IMG/VR virus record: IMGVR_UViG_3300002098_000134
Coordinates: 1-26,591 of that record
Origin: a virus
Taxonomy: Duplodnaviria; Caudoviricetes
DNA: 26,591 bases
Direction: 5' to 3' (one strand)
Shown here: positions 26,550 through 26,591 of the stretch, in pieces
How the letters are laid out: every line of letters starts with the position of its first letter
Position numbering within the stretch: the first letter of the stretch is position 1
Made by a program: the position numbers and the translations under genes
Notes under the pieces: model-generated
Database searches by the model: none
Seen by the model: only the letters and a program-made list of their open reading frames with translations
What the model was told of the DNA's origin: nothing

Positions 26550-26591
26550 AGACACCTTATTGATGTAAAGTTAGCGTATCTTAACCCTAAT

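Larger units (their letters stand above)
1..26591. mobile_element. Tailed dsDNA phage genome fragment (P22-like podovirus virion module plus lambdoid-type early region)
   Basis: Ordered virion, ejection, lysis, recombination, Cro/replication and nin-like modules; ATGA/TAATG-coupled genes; no bacterial housekeeping genes. Confidence 0.96.

Noticed and set aside
1-26591. tRNA/ncRNA genes or stop-codon reassignment
   Set aside because: No cloverleaf seen and almost no intergenic space; genes are full length under code 11 with TAA, TGA and TAG all used as stops.

Overview
The whole window is a gene-dense, AT-rich tailed-phage genome fragment with P22/lambdoid-like podovirus architecture. The host is Gram-negative (spanin pair); a betaproteobacterial or freshwater host is only an impression. 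49-17916 (+): late genes, namely a fibre/adhesin cluster with three glycine-rich domains, P22 gp4-like and gp10-like connector/tail proteins with inserted beta-rich repeats, a very short needle-position gene, a cupin, three ejection-type proteins, a short tail-collar adaptor, and a lysis cassette with a nested Rz1 missed by the ORF track. 17904-21007 (-): early recombination arm (Sak3/DUF1071 SSAP, YqaJ exonuclease, SSB-like protein, small genes). 21160-25186 (+): Cro-like gene, DUF1376 replication initiator with iteron-like repeats, GNAT, nin-like small genes and nucleases. 25213-26549 (-): an inverted two-gene cassette, HTH-metallophosphoesterase plus SprT-like metalloprotease. No CI, CII or integrase is visible. 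By manual reading GATC and GCWGC appear to be absent from the window. All function calls come from motif recognition and synteny, not database searches.
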